This document shows, piece after piece, positions 27,115-36,096 of a DNA stretch of 64,000 nucleotides. The DNA is from Candidatus Poriferihabitaceae bacterium (GTDB taxonomy: Bacteria > Pseudomonadota > Gammaproteobacteria > Arenicellales > Poriferihabitantaceae): contig OZ241878.1 of NCBI GenBank assembly GCA_965203365.1, positions 3,495,503-3,559,502 of the forward strand. Direction: 5' to 3'. The position numbers were made by a program, and so were the translations under genes. The stretch's first letter is position 1, and each line of letters begins with the position of its first letter. The notes under the pieces are model-generated. The model saw only the letters and a program-made list of their open reading frames with translations, searched no databases and was not told where the DNA came from.

Positions 27115-28219
27115 TGGAGTCGTGGCGGCTCGACGGTCGGCCGTTGTCCCCCGAAACGGACGCTTTGCGGCGTTTTCACTGCATGAGATGGCCGTTCCCG
27201 TGGTGAGACAGGTACTGGCGGATGCGGGCATATCCCCCCAGCAGGTGGGGGAACTGATCGTCTCCAATTCGCTCGGCGAGGGAGGCAATCCCGCCCGAGT
27301 GGTCAGTCTGGCCAGTGGCTTGCCGTTGTCAGTGGCCGGATTGACGATAGACCGGCAGTGTGTCGGGGGACTGGATGCCCTTCTTCAGGCGGATGCCATG
27401 ATCCGGGCGGGCCGGCATGAGGTTGTGGTGGCGGGGGGGGTGGAAAGCTATTCCCGACGCCCCCTTCGCTATCGAACTTTTGTCGACGGGTCGCAGCCGG
27501 AACCCTATGAGCAGGCTCCCTTCACCCCCTGGCCGGACCAGGATCCGGACATGGCACAGGCAGCGAACCGCCTGGCTCGACAGTTTGGCATCAGTCGAGC
27601 GGAACAGGACAGTTGGGCGATTGACAGCCATCACAAGGCGCTTTCGGTATCGAACAGCCGCCGACGAGAACAAGTCGTCGAGCTCAATGGAGTGCTGGAA
27701 GATCCGTTCACACGCCCTCTCAGCCCTGCTGTCTGCCAACGGGCGACCGTCGTTCATGGCGAGATCACGATGGCCAACATGGCGGTGGCGGCCGATGCGG
27801 CGGCCTTCACTGTTCTGACCGCGAAAGAACTCGCCGACGAGCTTCAAACGCCCTGGATGGAGCTGGTGTCAGGGGTCACCTTGGGAGGGGACCCCGTGCT
27901 ACCCGGATTGGCCCCGGTCCGGGCCATCGGTCACACCCTTCACATGGCAGGATGTTCCACGAACGACCTTCGGATCGCGGAAATTATGGAAGCCTTTGCC
28001 GTGCAGGCGATGGTCTGTCAACGGGAGGCCAATCTGCCTTATGGGATTGTCAACCCCCATGGTGGATCACTGGCCCGAGGGCATCCGATTGGGGCTTCAG
28101 GAGCGGTGCTGGCGGTGAATCTGTTTCATGCCTTGGTTCAATGTGGCGGCATCGGACTGGCGGCGATCGCGGCCGCTGGTGGACTGGGCACCGCATTGGT
28201 GGCCCACCTCGACCACTGA
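27104..28219 (+). CDS. thiolase-family protein lacking the second catalytic cysteine
   Basis: The GTG at 27104 overlaps the ligase stop by 11 nt. The nucleophile Cys is present (TIDRQCVGGLDAL) and the GHP His is present (GGSLARGHPIGASG). The usual C(I/A)GGG Cys position reads AAIAAAGGLG. Confidence 0.85.
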   Translation: MKPSGVVAARRSAVVPRNGRFAAFSLHEMAVPVVRQVLADAGISPQQVGELIVSNSLGEGGNPARVVSLASGLPLSVAGLTIDRQCVGGLDALLQADAMIRAGRHEVVVAGGVESYSRRPLRYRTFVDGSQPEPYEQAPFTPWPDQDPDMAQAANRLARQFGISRAEQDSWAIDSHHKALSVSNSRRREQVVELNGVLEDPFTRPLSPAVCQRATVVHGEITMANMAVAADAAAFTVLTAKELADELQTPWMELVSGVTLGGDPVLPGLAPVRAIGHTLHMAGCSTNDLRIAEIMEAFAVQAMVCQREANLPYGIVNPHGGSLARGHPIGASGAVLAVNLFHALVQCGGIGLAAIAAAGGLGTALVAHLDH

Positions 28220-28405
28220 AAGGATATGTCCCGGATCGCAAGTCGGCCCGGGATATGTGATGGATTCGTCGAGGACGGATAACGACCCCCATGTGGTCGG
28301 GAAATCCAGCAAACGGAACATCATGGCCTCTGTGCCATCCGGCCGACCGTAGTTGGGTTTGACGCGAGGCTGCGCCCGATCCCATTTCGGTGAGACAGAG
28401 GGACG

Positions 28406-28960
28406 TCAGTGTGATGGTTTCCGCGACAGGATGCTGGTCGGTCGGGCTTTGGCCAGCGAGGACGTCAGGATGCCGGCGATCAGGGCTTTCAGCAGGTCAC
28501 CGGGAAGAAATGCCATCACCAGTACGGAAGCTTCCAGAAAGGGCTTTTGTAAGACGACCGCCAGACCGGCGATGCCGAAGGGATACAGCACCAGGATGCC
28601 ACCGACGACGGAAGCGGCGCTAGCCGCCAGACCCAGGGGGGCCGAAGACCATTTTTCCACAATGAGGCCGGTCACGAAAGCGGCGACAGGCCACCCGATG
28701 AGGAATCCGGCCGACGGCGAGACAAACAGACCCAGCCCTCCCCGACCCCCGGAAAGGATAGGCAACCCCATGGCGACCAACCACAGGAACAGCATCACGG
28801 CCAGGCTTCCTCGTCGGGCCCCCAGGATGCTCCCACACAGCATCACACCCAGACTCTGGGCCGTAATCGGAACGCCGAATCCCAGGGTGATTTTCGGGAT
28901 CAGTCCCAAGGCGGCAATCAGGGCGGCAAACAGGGATATGGTGGCGATGTTTCTTTCCAT
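28406..28960 (-). CDS. bioY: biotin transporter S component BioY
   Basis: BioY-typical sequence GVPITAQSLGVMLCGSILG...SGGRGGLGLFVSPSAGFLIGWP. Confidence 0.9.
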   Translation of the reverse strand: MERNIATISLFAALIAALGLIPKITLGFGVPITAQSLGVMLCGSILGARRGSLAVMLFLWLVAMGLPILSGGRGGLGLFVSPSAGFLIGWPVAAFVTGLIVEKWSSAPLGLAASAASVVGGILVLYPFGIAGLAVVLQKPFLEASVLVMAFLPGDLLKALIAGILTSSLAKARPTSILSRKPSH

Positions 28961-29575
28961 TCAATGGTCCTCCGGTGAGAGCAGGCCACCCCGTGCCTTG
29001 AGGGCATCAGCCACCTGGTCCGCATCATCCAAGGCCAATAGGGTGAGTGGCAGGAGGATACGCCAAGTGGCTTTTCGTCGGGACCGGGCATGCCAGGATT
29101 CAGACATCATTTGTCCCTTGTGCAACAGCACCGGTGTCATGCGTACCACGAGCGCAATGGCAATTTCCAGGGCGCGGGAATGACCACCCAACGCTCTGAT
29201 GGGGGTCGACAAGACCCGAATCACCCCGATCAGGTCGGTCAGGCGGGTGGTCATGGTGACCAGATTGGCCAGCGCTACGGCCGATATCAGTCGCATGATG
29301 ATCACGCCGCCTGCCATGTAGGTGCCAGAAAGACCGTGCCATAAACCCACAATCAGTATGAAGGGCCAGAGAATTCGAAGCCGGGACAATCCATACGAAA
29401 AAAATCGCCATCCCGGCGCCGCATACACGCCCAGGACGGCGATCAGGATCGCCAGATGAGTCCCAGGGTGAGCGACCAGGAACAAGCCCGCCGTCGAAAG
29501 GCACAAAAGGCCCAGCTTGACGCCGGCTGGCCAAGCATGGGCACGGGTTTTAACGGGTGAGGTCAGTGATATCAA
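28961..29575 (-). CDS. bioN: ECF transporter transmembrane (T) component, BioN/CbiQ-like
   Basis: Polytopic membrane protein abutting bioY (stop and start adjacent) and overlapping bioM. Its position and size fit BioN. Confidence 0.75.
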   Translation of the reverse strand: MISLTSPVKTRAHAWPAGVKLGLLCLSTAGLFLVAHPGTHLAILIAVLGVYAAPGWRFFSYGLSRLRILWPFILIVGLWHGLSGTYMAGGVIIMRLISAVALANLVTMTTRLTDLIGVIRVLSTPIRALGGHSRALEIAIALVVRMTPVLLHKGQMMSESWHARSRRKATWRILLPLTLLALDDADQVADALKARGGLLSPEDH

Positions 29576-30320
29576 GGCTCTTGCCCAAGGCGGTCATCTG
29601 GGTGACGTAGGCCGGCAGGACTTCCTCGACCGGGCCGATGGCCCGAACTCGGCCACTGTCCAGCCAGACAACCTGCTGATATCCAGTGAGTTCTTCCGGC
29701 CGGTGGGTGATGTGCACCAGACAGCCTTCGTACCGATCCAGATAGCGCCCGAGTTGTGCCCGGGTGGGAATGTCGAAACCGGCGAATGGCTCATCCAGTA
29801 TCAGAATGCGGGGTTGCATGGCCATGACCGCCATAATGCAGACCAGATGTTTTTGCCCTTGGGATAGATGGTGGATGTCGACCTCTTCCCAATGAGGTAC
29901 TTGGAACTTTTGCAGAATATCCTTCGCGATGTCTGTGGCTTCGGACTTCGTATGACCCTGCTGGATGACACCAAAGGCAATCTCCTCCACGACGGTCGGA
30001 AAGATGATCTGGTGGTCGGGATTCTGAAAGAGAATACCCACTTCCCGAAGCGCCAAACGCCGTTTGCGTGCCGGGTCCAGCCCATTGATCCGTACACGGC
30101 CAGAGTCCGGTGCAATGATTCCTGCGAGAAGCCGGGCGAGGGTGGATTTTCCCGAACCGTTTCGACCCACCACGCCGAGACGGGTACCATGCGAGGTGAA
30201 CAAAACCTGCTGCAGGATCTCCCGTCCATGAAGCGAATAGCAGACATCAGTCAACTCGATATCGCTACCGGCCACCACCTGACCGCTCGCTGTCGTCAAG
30301 CGGTTGTCCTTGGACTCCAT
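29550..30320 (-). CDS. bioM: ECF transporter ATPase (A) component, BioM/CbiO-like
   Basis: Walker A GRNGSGKST, signature LSQGQKH, Walker B ILILDEPFAGFD. Confidence 0.85.
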   Translation of the reverse strand: MESKDNRLTTASGQVVAGSDIELTDVCYSLHGREILQQVLFTSHGTRLGVVGRNGSGKSTLARLLAGIIAPDSGRVRINGLDPARKRRLALREVGILFQNPDHQIIFPTVVEEIAFGVIQQGHTKSEATDIAKDILQKFQVPHWEEVDIHHLSQGQKHLVCIMAVMAMQPRILILDEPFAGFDIPTRAQLGRYLDRYEGCLVHITHRPEELTGYQQVVWLDSGRVRAIGPVEEVLPAYVTQMTALGKSLDITDLTR

Positions 30321-30759
30321 CTGATTTCCCCATCAAGTGGGTCGTCGATCCAAGCGGCCATGGGTCAGGTCAGTCACTGATCGGGATCAAGTCGAGGTGA
30401 CCCGCCGGATCCGCCGCCCCATGTCCCTTGTTGGGCTTCAGTCCGGTCAAGTGTCAGTCGCCCAACTGGCAGGAGGGCTCATACCGAGGCGTTCATCGTG
30501 ACCAGGTCCGATCAGACGGATTTGATCCATCGCTGAAACCGACCCGCTCATCCGATGGGGATGGGCCAAGTGACCTGGTGGGTCCTGCTGTGTCTCTCAA
30601 TAGAGCCGGACATCATGATGGGTATCTGGCGTTTCCACGAGACCATCGGATCTCGGGGATTCCCCGGGCCTTGAAGGAGGGTACAACGAGCGATCCTGGG
30701 GCCGGGAGTCCTGTGGCATAGGGTGTCGATGTTGGTGCGCCGGATTGGTCGGGATGTGG

Positions 30760-31419
30760 CTACCAAGGGAGCGGATCACCTTCCGCATGCCAAAAGGTCC
30801 CGCTGTCGGCCAAGGACAGTTGGTCCAGTCGGTCAATCAGCCCTCGGGCGGCATCCGCTGGATCAATGCCGGTCCAATGGGTCATCTCGGTCGCCACCAG
30901 ACCGGGATGGAGCAAGAACACGGCGATGTTCCGTCGGCGAAGGTCATGGGCGAGATTTTTCCCCATCATGTTTGCGGCCACCTTGGACATTCGGTAGCCG
31001 TAATTGCCCCCGGACGCATTGTCGCCAATGGAGCCCACCCGACTGGTGACGATGCCCACCTTGGCGCCGGCCCCCAAGTGGTGGCGCAGGGTGGAGACGA
31101 CCCGAAGTGGCCCCAATGCATTGACCTCGAACTGACACCGGATCCGGTCAAGGTCCAGATCGTCCCAGGTTTCCCGCGTCAGGATGCCGGCGCAGTGCAC
31201 CAGACGATCAATCCGGACCCCGGACAGGCGGGTGGCCAGATGGTCGACCGAGGCATCATCGGTGACATCCACATCGGGGAGGATGTTCAGGTCCAGGGGT
31301 TCCAGTTCGGTGGCGGGCCGACGGGTGGTGGCGTACACCTGGTCCCCTCGGAGCGACATCTGACGGCACAGTTCCAGTCCGATGCCACGGTTCCCCCCTA
31401 CAACTAGGACAGTGTGCAT
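30760..31419 (-). CDS. short-chain dehydrogenase/reductase (SDR), about 219 aa
   Basis: I start at the ATG at 31419 (MHTVLVVGGNRGIGLE, a TGxxxGIG-type motif). Catalytic YRMSK (YxxxK). The 174 codons further upstream in the 394-aa ORF are Pro-rich or run through an AT-rich segment and look non-coding. Confidence 0.85.
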   Translation of the reverse strand: MHTVLVVGGNRGIGLELCRQMSLRGDQVYATTRRPATELEPLDLNILPDVDVTDDASVDHLATRLSGVRIDRLVHCAGILTRETWDDLDLDRIRCQFEVNALGPLRVVSTLRHHLGAGAKVGIVTSRVGSIGDNASGGNYGYRMSKVAANMMGKNLAHDLRRRNIAVFLLHPGLVATEMTHWTGIDPADAARGLIDRLDQLSLADSGTFWHAEGDPLPW

Positions 31420-32253
31420 GCTGCTTGCCAATAGTGTGACCAAGGGTGAATTGTAAGCCAACGGCGCCTTGAGAAAAAACGTTTCGTGGCGCGGGTCTGC
31501 ACTTTCCGTCAGCGAATCGGGAGTGGAGAGTCGGTCGGCATCTGTCTGGGGAAGGGCGGCGAACGGACCGGGATGGAGTGGGGGACCGGACGGATCTGGT
31601 GGCCTCGGTGGGTGTGGCAGCGGTGATGCCTGATCGGGTGATGGACTGGGCAGATAGCAATAAATTGGCATAAATAGCTGAATTGAAACTATAAAAATAT
31701 TCACCGTCAGCAAATGGCAAGCGGGAATTAATGACAATCTGCGTATCTGCTCCATGCCTTGTCGGTCAGCGTTCGGTTTAAGCCGTGATGGATGATGTCC
31801 CAAGAAAACGGGATTTCTCCGTCGACCTCTCCCGGAACTCCCTCCGGCCCGCTCCCTCCTGACGGGGGGACCGGCGCCGCAATGAAACGGAGTCCGCACG
31901 GTAGCGGGTTCTAGGACCAAGGGGAAACCATGCCCATTGCACAAATTTTCTCACCATATCGAATGAGAGAGAGCACGGATGGGGGGTTGTCATGGCAGGG
32001 AGTGGCAGATCATTGCCTCTGGAACGGCTGGATGAGGGAAAGGCCCCGCCCGTTCGAGCGGAACGTGAGGAATCGATGAGTCGGCTGCATGGTACCTCGT
32101 CAGAAAAACCGCCCCAGCCCCTCGACGGCCCCATGGTAATGCGGTACATTCAACCTTCTTGAAAACGCTCCCCGTCCGGTCGAGAACCAATCCGAAGCGG
32201 CAATTGACCTGTCTTGGCCAGCCAGTTATGATCCGAACCCTGATTCAGGAGCC

Positions 32254-32481
32254 GTGGTGAAACCGACCCTTGATACCCTTGAGCAACGTGTGGCCGACCT
32301 GATCGGGTTGGTGGAGACGATCCATCGGGACCACGAGATTCTGCAGCAGGACCATCGCCTGTTGCGCCAGGAATTTCAGTCCCTGCAGGAGAAAAGCAAG
32401 ATGGCCCGGAGACGGATTGAGCAGATGGTCTCTCGACTGGAATCGTTGAGTCCTGACCTGTCGGTGGATTCTGGGCCATAG
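32254..32481 (+). CDS. coiled-coil cell-division protein, ZapB-like (TIGR02449-like)
   Basis: Heptad-rich sequence LEQRVADLIGLVETIHRDHEILQQDHRLLRQEFQSLQEKSKMARRRIEQMVSRLE. It lies immediately upstream of zapA. AGGAG Shine-Dalgarno; start is GTG at 32254 or 32257. Confidence 0.6.
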   Translation: MVKPTLDTLEQRVADLIGLVETIHRDHEILQQDHRLLRQEFQSLQEKSKMARRRIEQMVSRLESLSPDLSVDSGP

Positions 32482-32496
32482 GCGTTGGGGTAGAGG

Positions 32497-32805
32497 ATGG
32501 AAAGCGGTAAACACACAGTCAAGGTCCAGATCATGCAGCGGGAACTCACCGTGGTCTGCCATGACGGGGAAGACAAGGGACTCATTGAGGCGGCCCGTTA
32601 TCTGGACGGACAGATGCAGACCATGTCCCGAAAACACCAAGCCTTGGGACTGGATCGTTGCGCCATCATGGTGGCCTTGAATATTAGCCATGAACTGCTG
32701 CAGATGCGACGCGATCAGAACGATGATGACGAGTTGTCAAAACGCTTGGGGAAACTCCAAGACCAGATTGACCAGACGTTGGACAGTCTACGGCCACAAG
32801 GATAG
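32497..32805 (+). CDS. zapA: cell division protein ZapA
   Basis: VKVQIMQRELTVVCHDGEDKGLIEAARYLDGQM...RCAIMVALNISHELL matches the ZapA pattern. The zapA-ssrS-5-FCL gene order is conserved. Confidence 0.85.
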   Translation: MESGKHTVKVQIMQRELTVVCHDGEDKGLIEAARYLDGQMQTMSRKHQALGLDRCAIMVALNISHELLQMRRDQNDDDELSKRLGKLQDQIDQTLDSLRPQG

Positions 32806-32874
32806 CCACGATGGTTGCAGCACATTGTGCTGATGTGGGAAAACACATGGGCTGAACCACCGATCAATCTCTGC

Positions 32875-32880
32875 TAGAAT
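32875..32880 (+). promoter_or_regulatory. -10 element TAGAAT for the 6S RNA gene
   Basis: TAGAAT lies about 6-8 nt upstream of the start of the long terminal helix of the predicted 6S RNA. Confidence 0.35.
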
Positions 32881-32885
32881 GCCCT

Positions 32886-33080
32886 CGGCGTTGCCTGCCG
32901 TGTTCGAGGTGTTCTCCGAATCCCTTAGAACCTAATTCATTTTTTCGGGTACACGCAATGGGCAGTGGGCGTGCATGAACACGACGCAAGTCGGCGGGAA
33001 TCCCGAAGCTGTCTTTTGTACCCACTTGGACCTCCCGGTTCAAGGTAAAGTGAACGCACGGCACGGGCGGGTAACGCTGT
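32886..33080 (+). ncRNA. ssrS: 6S RNA (approximate ends)
   Basis: The ORF-free interval between zapA and the 5-formyl-THF cyclo-ligase gene is the classical ssrS position. The 5' segment GGCGTTGCCTGCCGTGTTC pairs, with bulges, to the 3' segment GAACGCACGGCACGGGCGGGTAACGC, giving a long closing helix. An internal GGTTCAAGG element resembles the E. coli 6S 3' arm. Confidence 0.75.
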
Positions 33081-33120
33081 TTCCTTTTTTCCTGTTCTTG
33101 CCCGTGGGGTTGGGATTTCA

Positions 33121-33747
33121 TTGAATGCCGGTGTGCTGAATACGTCCGTGTCGATCAGCAACAAGAAGCCATTGCGCGCCACGTTGCGGGCGGCCCGTCG
33201 GGATCTGGGTGAGCAAGAGCAGGCATCGGCGGCTCAGGGACTGCTGGCACAGTTGCTTTCTTTGGATATCTTTTTGCATGCTCGTCGGATTGGCCTGTAT
33301 TGGGCCAATGATGGCGAGATCTGTCCCAGCGAAGTGGTAAGTTGGTGTCGGCACCACGACCGGCAGGTCTATCTCCCGATGGTGCAACGACAGGCAACCC
33401 GCAACTGGCTGTTGTTTGGCGAATGGCGCGAGGGGGCTGTCCTGTCCCCCAACCGTCTGGGGATTTTGGAACCCGTCTTGGACTCATCGGAAGGGATGAC
33501 CGCAAAGGACCTGGATCTCGTCATGTTGCCGCTGGTGGGATTCGATCTCCATGGAAATCGGCTGGGGATGGGGGGCGGCTTTTATGACACCACCTTGGCG
33601 GATCTGCGCACAACGGGTCTGCCAAAGCCGGCCTTGGTGGGCATTGCCCATGACATCCAACGGGTGCCCCACATTGATGCCGAACCTTGGGATATCCCGC
33701 TTCCCATGGTGGTGACTGACTGCCACGTGTACCGGTTTGGGGGATGA
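33121..33747 (+). CDS. ygfA: 5-formyltetrahydrofolate cyclo-ligase
   Basis: LRATLRAARRDL..., IGLYWANDGEI, LGILEP, LVMLPLVGFDLHGNRLGMGGGFYD. The start is uncertain (TTG at 33121, or GTG at 33133/33148). Confidence 0.85.
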   Translation: MNAGVLNTSVSISNKKPLRATLRAARRDLGEQEQASAAQGLLAQLLSLDIFLHARRIGLYWANDGEICPSEVVSWCRHHDRQVYLPMVQRQATRNWLLFGEWREGAVLSPNRLGILEPVLDSSEGMTAKDLDLVMLPLVGFDLHGNRLGMGGGFYDTTLADLRTTGLPKPALVGIAHDIQRVPHIDAEPWDIPLPMVVTDCHVYRFGG

Positions 33748-34529
33748 AGATTCTGTTGATCGGTGATGTGGTGTCCCGCCCGGGAAGACGGGTCCTGCGA
33801 GACAGGTTGGCCACCGTCCAGGCGCAGCACGGAATTGATTTCACGGTCGTGAATGTCGAAAATGCGGCCGGCGGCTCCGGTATGACCCACAAGGTGCTGG
33901 GAGAATTTCGCCGTCTGCGCGTGGATGTGATGACCTCCGGGAACCATATCTGGGACAAGCGGGAAGTCCTGGACTTCATCGATGACTGCCCGAATCTGTT
34001 GCGACCGCATAATTATCCTCCGGGGACGCCCGGGACCGGCTGGTATGCCGTCGAACTGGTCGGAGGCATCAGGGTCGGCGTGCTGAACTTGATGGGGCAG
34101 ACGTTCATGAACCCGCTGCTGGATTCCCCTTTTGTCTGTGCGGACCGGGTGATCGAGGGTAACGCCGGGGATGTGGACATCCTATTGGTGGATTTTCATG
34201 CGGAAACGACCAGTGAAAAAGTCGCCATGGGCTGGTACCTGGATGGGCGGGCCTCTGTTGTCGTGGGCACACACACCCATATCCCGACCGCCGATGAACG
34301 AATACTCCCGGGCGGGACCGCCTATCTGACCGATCTGGGCATGACTGGTTGTTATGATTCCGTGATCGGGAGTGACGTCGACACCGTCTTGCAGCGGATG
34401 GTCGGGAAAATGCCCATCCGGCTTGAGCCAGCCAATGGCATCGGGACACTGTGTGGCGTGGTCGTGGATGTGGACGAATCCACGGGACATTCACGAGACA
34501 TCAGCCGCATCCGGGTGGATGCGTCATAA
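33744..34529 (+). CDS. YmdB-like metallophosphoesterase (TIGR00282 family)
   Basis: MKILLIGDVVSRPGRR...VVNVENAAGGSGMT...MTSGNHIWDK...VDFHAETTSEK motifs. The start overlaps the upstream stop. Confidence 0.9.
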   Translation: MKILLIGDVVSRPGRRVLRDRLATVQAQHGIDFTVVNVENAAGGSGMTHKVLGEFRRLRVDVMTSGNHIWDKREVLDFIDDCPNLLRPHNYPPGTPGTGWYAVELVGGIRVGVLNLMGQTFMNPLLDSPFVCADRVIEGNAGDVDILLVDFHAETTSEKVAMGWYLDGRASVVVGTHTHIPTADERILPGGTAYLTDLGMTGCYDSVIGSDVDTVLQRMVGKMPIRLEPANGIGTLCGVVVDVDESTGHSRDISRIRVDAS

Positions 34530-34547
34530 CTCAGCGGGGACAACAGC

Positions 34548-35012
34548 ATGGGATATTGGATTTTGAAAAGTGAACCGGAGGCTTTTTCCATCAATGATCT
34601 GCAGCGGGTGACGGTGGAACCGTGGGATGGCATCCGGAATTATCAGGCCAGAAATTTCATGCGGGACGAGATGACCATCGGGGATCAAGGGTTCTTTTAT
34701 CACAGCAATTGTGCGGAACCGGGGATCGTGGGCATCCTGACGGTGGAGAGCCAGCCCTATCCTGATCCCACCCAATTTGATCCGCACAGTCAGTACCATG
34801 ACCCTAAGAGCGATCCCGACCAGCCGCGCTGGATCCTGGTGGATGTGCGTTTTGTCCAGAAGTTCCGGCGTACGGTGACCTTGGCGGAGATGAAACGCGA
34901 ACCGGCGCTTGAAGGGATGCGGCTGCTACAGCGGGGAAACCGGTTATCCATCCTGCCGGTGGAAAAATCACATTGGGCGCATATCCTGGAGATGGCGTCA
35001 TCCTCTCCATGA
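34548..35012 (+). CDS. EVE domain-containing protein
   Basis: YWILKSEPEAFSINDL...WDGIRNYQARNFMRDEMTIGDQGFFYHSN is the typical EVE/PUA-like N-terminus. Confidence 0.85.
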   Translation: MGYWILKSEPEAFSINDLQRVTVEPWDGIRNYQARNFMRDEMTIGDQGFFYHSNCAEPGIVGILTVESQPYPDPTQFDPHSQYHDPKSDPDQPRWILVDVRFVQKFRRTVTLAEMKREPALEGMRLLQRGNRLSILPVEKSHWAHILEMASSSP

Positions 35013-35053
35013 CGTCAGAAACGGTTTTCGGACTTTCAGCGCGAGGTTGCCAC

Positions 35054-35662
35054 ATGCATCGAAATCCGGGGGCGACGTTACGGTCGTCCATCGTTGCCGT
35101 TCTCATTCTCTTGTCAGGCGGGATCGGCCTGCCCCTCCATTCTCATGCCAACCAGTCCCCTCCCATGATCATTCTTGAAACCAGCTTGGGCCCCATCACC
35201 TTGGAGATGTATCCCGAAGAGGCCCCGATGACAGTCCAGAACTTTATCGAGTACGTGGAATCCGGATTTTTTGACGGCATCGTGTTTCACCGAGTGATCC
35301 GGAATTTCATGATTCAGAGTGGGGGACATACCCCGGATATGCGGGAAAAGTTGACCGGGAAGCCGATTCTCAATGAAGCGGACAACGGGCTGAAGAACGC
35401 GGCTGGGACTATTGCGATGGCAAGGACCGCCGACCCGCATTCGGCCACGGCGCAGTTCTTCATCAACTTGGTCGATAATGACTTTCTCAATCACACCGCC
35501 AAGACTCCCCGCGGTTGGGGATATGCCGTTTTTGGTCAGGTCACCGAGGGGATGGACGTTGTTCGGGCCATCGGGGAAGTGGCCACCGGTCAGGTGGGCC
35601 CCCATGGGGATGTCCCGATCAAGCCGGTCGTGATTCAAAAGGCCCGGGTATTGACACCATAG
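35054..35662 (+). CDS. ppiA: periplasmic peptidyl-prolyl cis-trans isomerase, cyclophilin type
   Basis: Signal-like N-terminus from the ATG at 35054 (MHRNPGATLRSSIVAVLILLSGGIGLPLHSHA). Cyclophilin signature FHRVIRNFMIQSGG and YAVFGQV. Confidence 0.9.
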   Translation: MHRNPGATLRSSIVAVLILLSGGIGLPLHSHANQSPPMIILETSLGPITLEMYPEEAPMTVQNFIEYVESGFFDGIVFHRVIRNFMIQSGGHTPDMREKLTGKPILNEADNGLKNAAGTIAMARTADPHSATAQFFINLVDNDFLNHTAKTPRGWGYAVFGQVTEGMDVVRAIGEVATGQVGPHGDVPIKPVVIQKARVLTP

Positions 35663-35681
35663 CATTTCAGGAGGCGAATCC

Positions 35682-36074
35682 ATGTACAGTTTCCAGATGA
35701 CCTTTGCGGGTCCTTACGAAGCAGCCATCCGGCGGGTGACCGAAGAGCTGGCCAAGGAAGGGTTCGGTGTGCTGACTGAAATTGATGTCCAGGCGACCCT
35801 CAAGAAGAAGCTGGACATTGACCGCAGGCCTTATCTCATTCTGGGCGCCTGCCATCCGATGCTGGCCAATCAGGCACTGAATGCGGAACCGGATATTGGC
35901 ATCCTGCTGCCGTGCAACGTGGTGGTGCGCGAAGAGGAGGATGAGAGCATCTCGATTGTCTTCATGGACCCACAGTCCGTGCTCAAGCTGGTGGACCGAG
36001 AAGAAGTCCAGGCGTTGGCGGTGGACGTCAAGGGACGTCTGCAACGGGTCCGCGATGCGCTTTTGGGATCCTGA
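35682..36074 (+). CDS. DUF302 domain-containing protein
   Basis: GFGVLTEIDVQATLKKKLD...YLILGACHP...LLPCNVVV is the characteristic DUF302 pattern. Confidence 0.8.
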   Translation: MYSFQMTFAGPYEAAIRRVTEELAKEGFGVLTEIDVQATLKKKLDIDRRPYLILGACHPMLANQALNAEPDIGILLPCNVVVREEEDESISIVFMDPQSVLKLVDREEVQALAVDVKGRLQRVRDALLGS

Positions 36075-36096
36075 CCATGAGTGGATGACGTGGGAA

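Noticed and set aside
28353-29183. 276-aa plus-strand ORF over bioY/bioN
   Set aside because: It is antisense to two well-supported membrane protein genes. The product is Arg/Pro/Ala-rich, typical of a GC-rich antisense frame.
30760-31944. Full 394-aa version of the SDR ORF
   Set aside because: The 174 upstream codons run through a Pro-rich stretch and an AT-rich segment with no coding bias. A complete SDR begins at the internal ATG at 31419, with the cofactor motif at the expected distance from the N-terminus.
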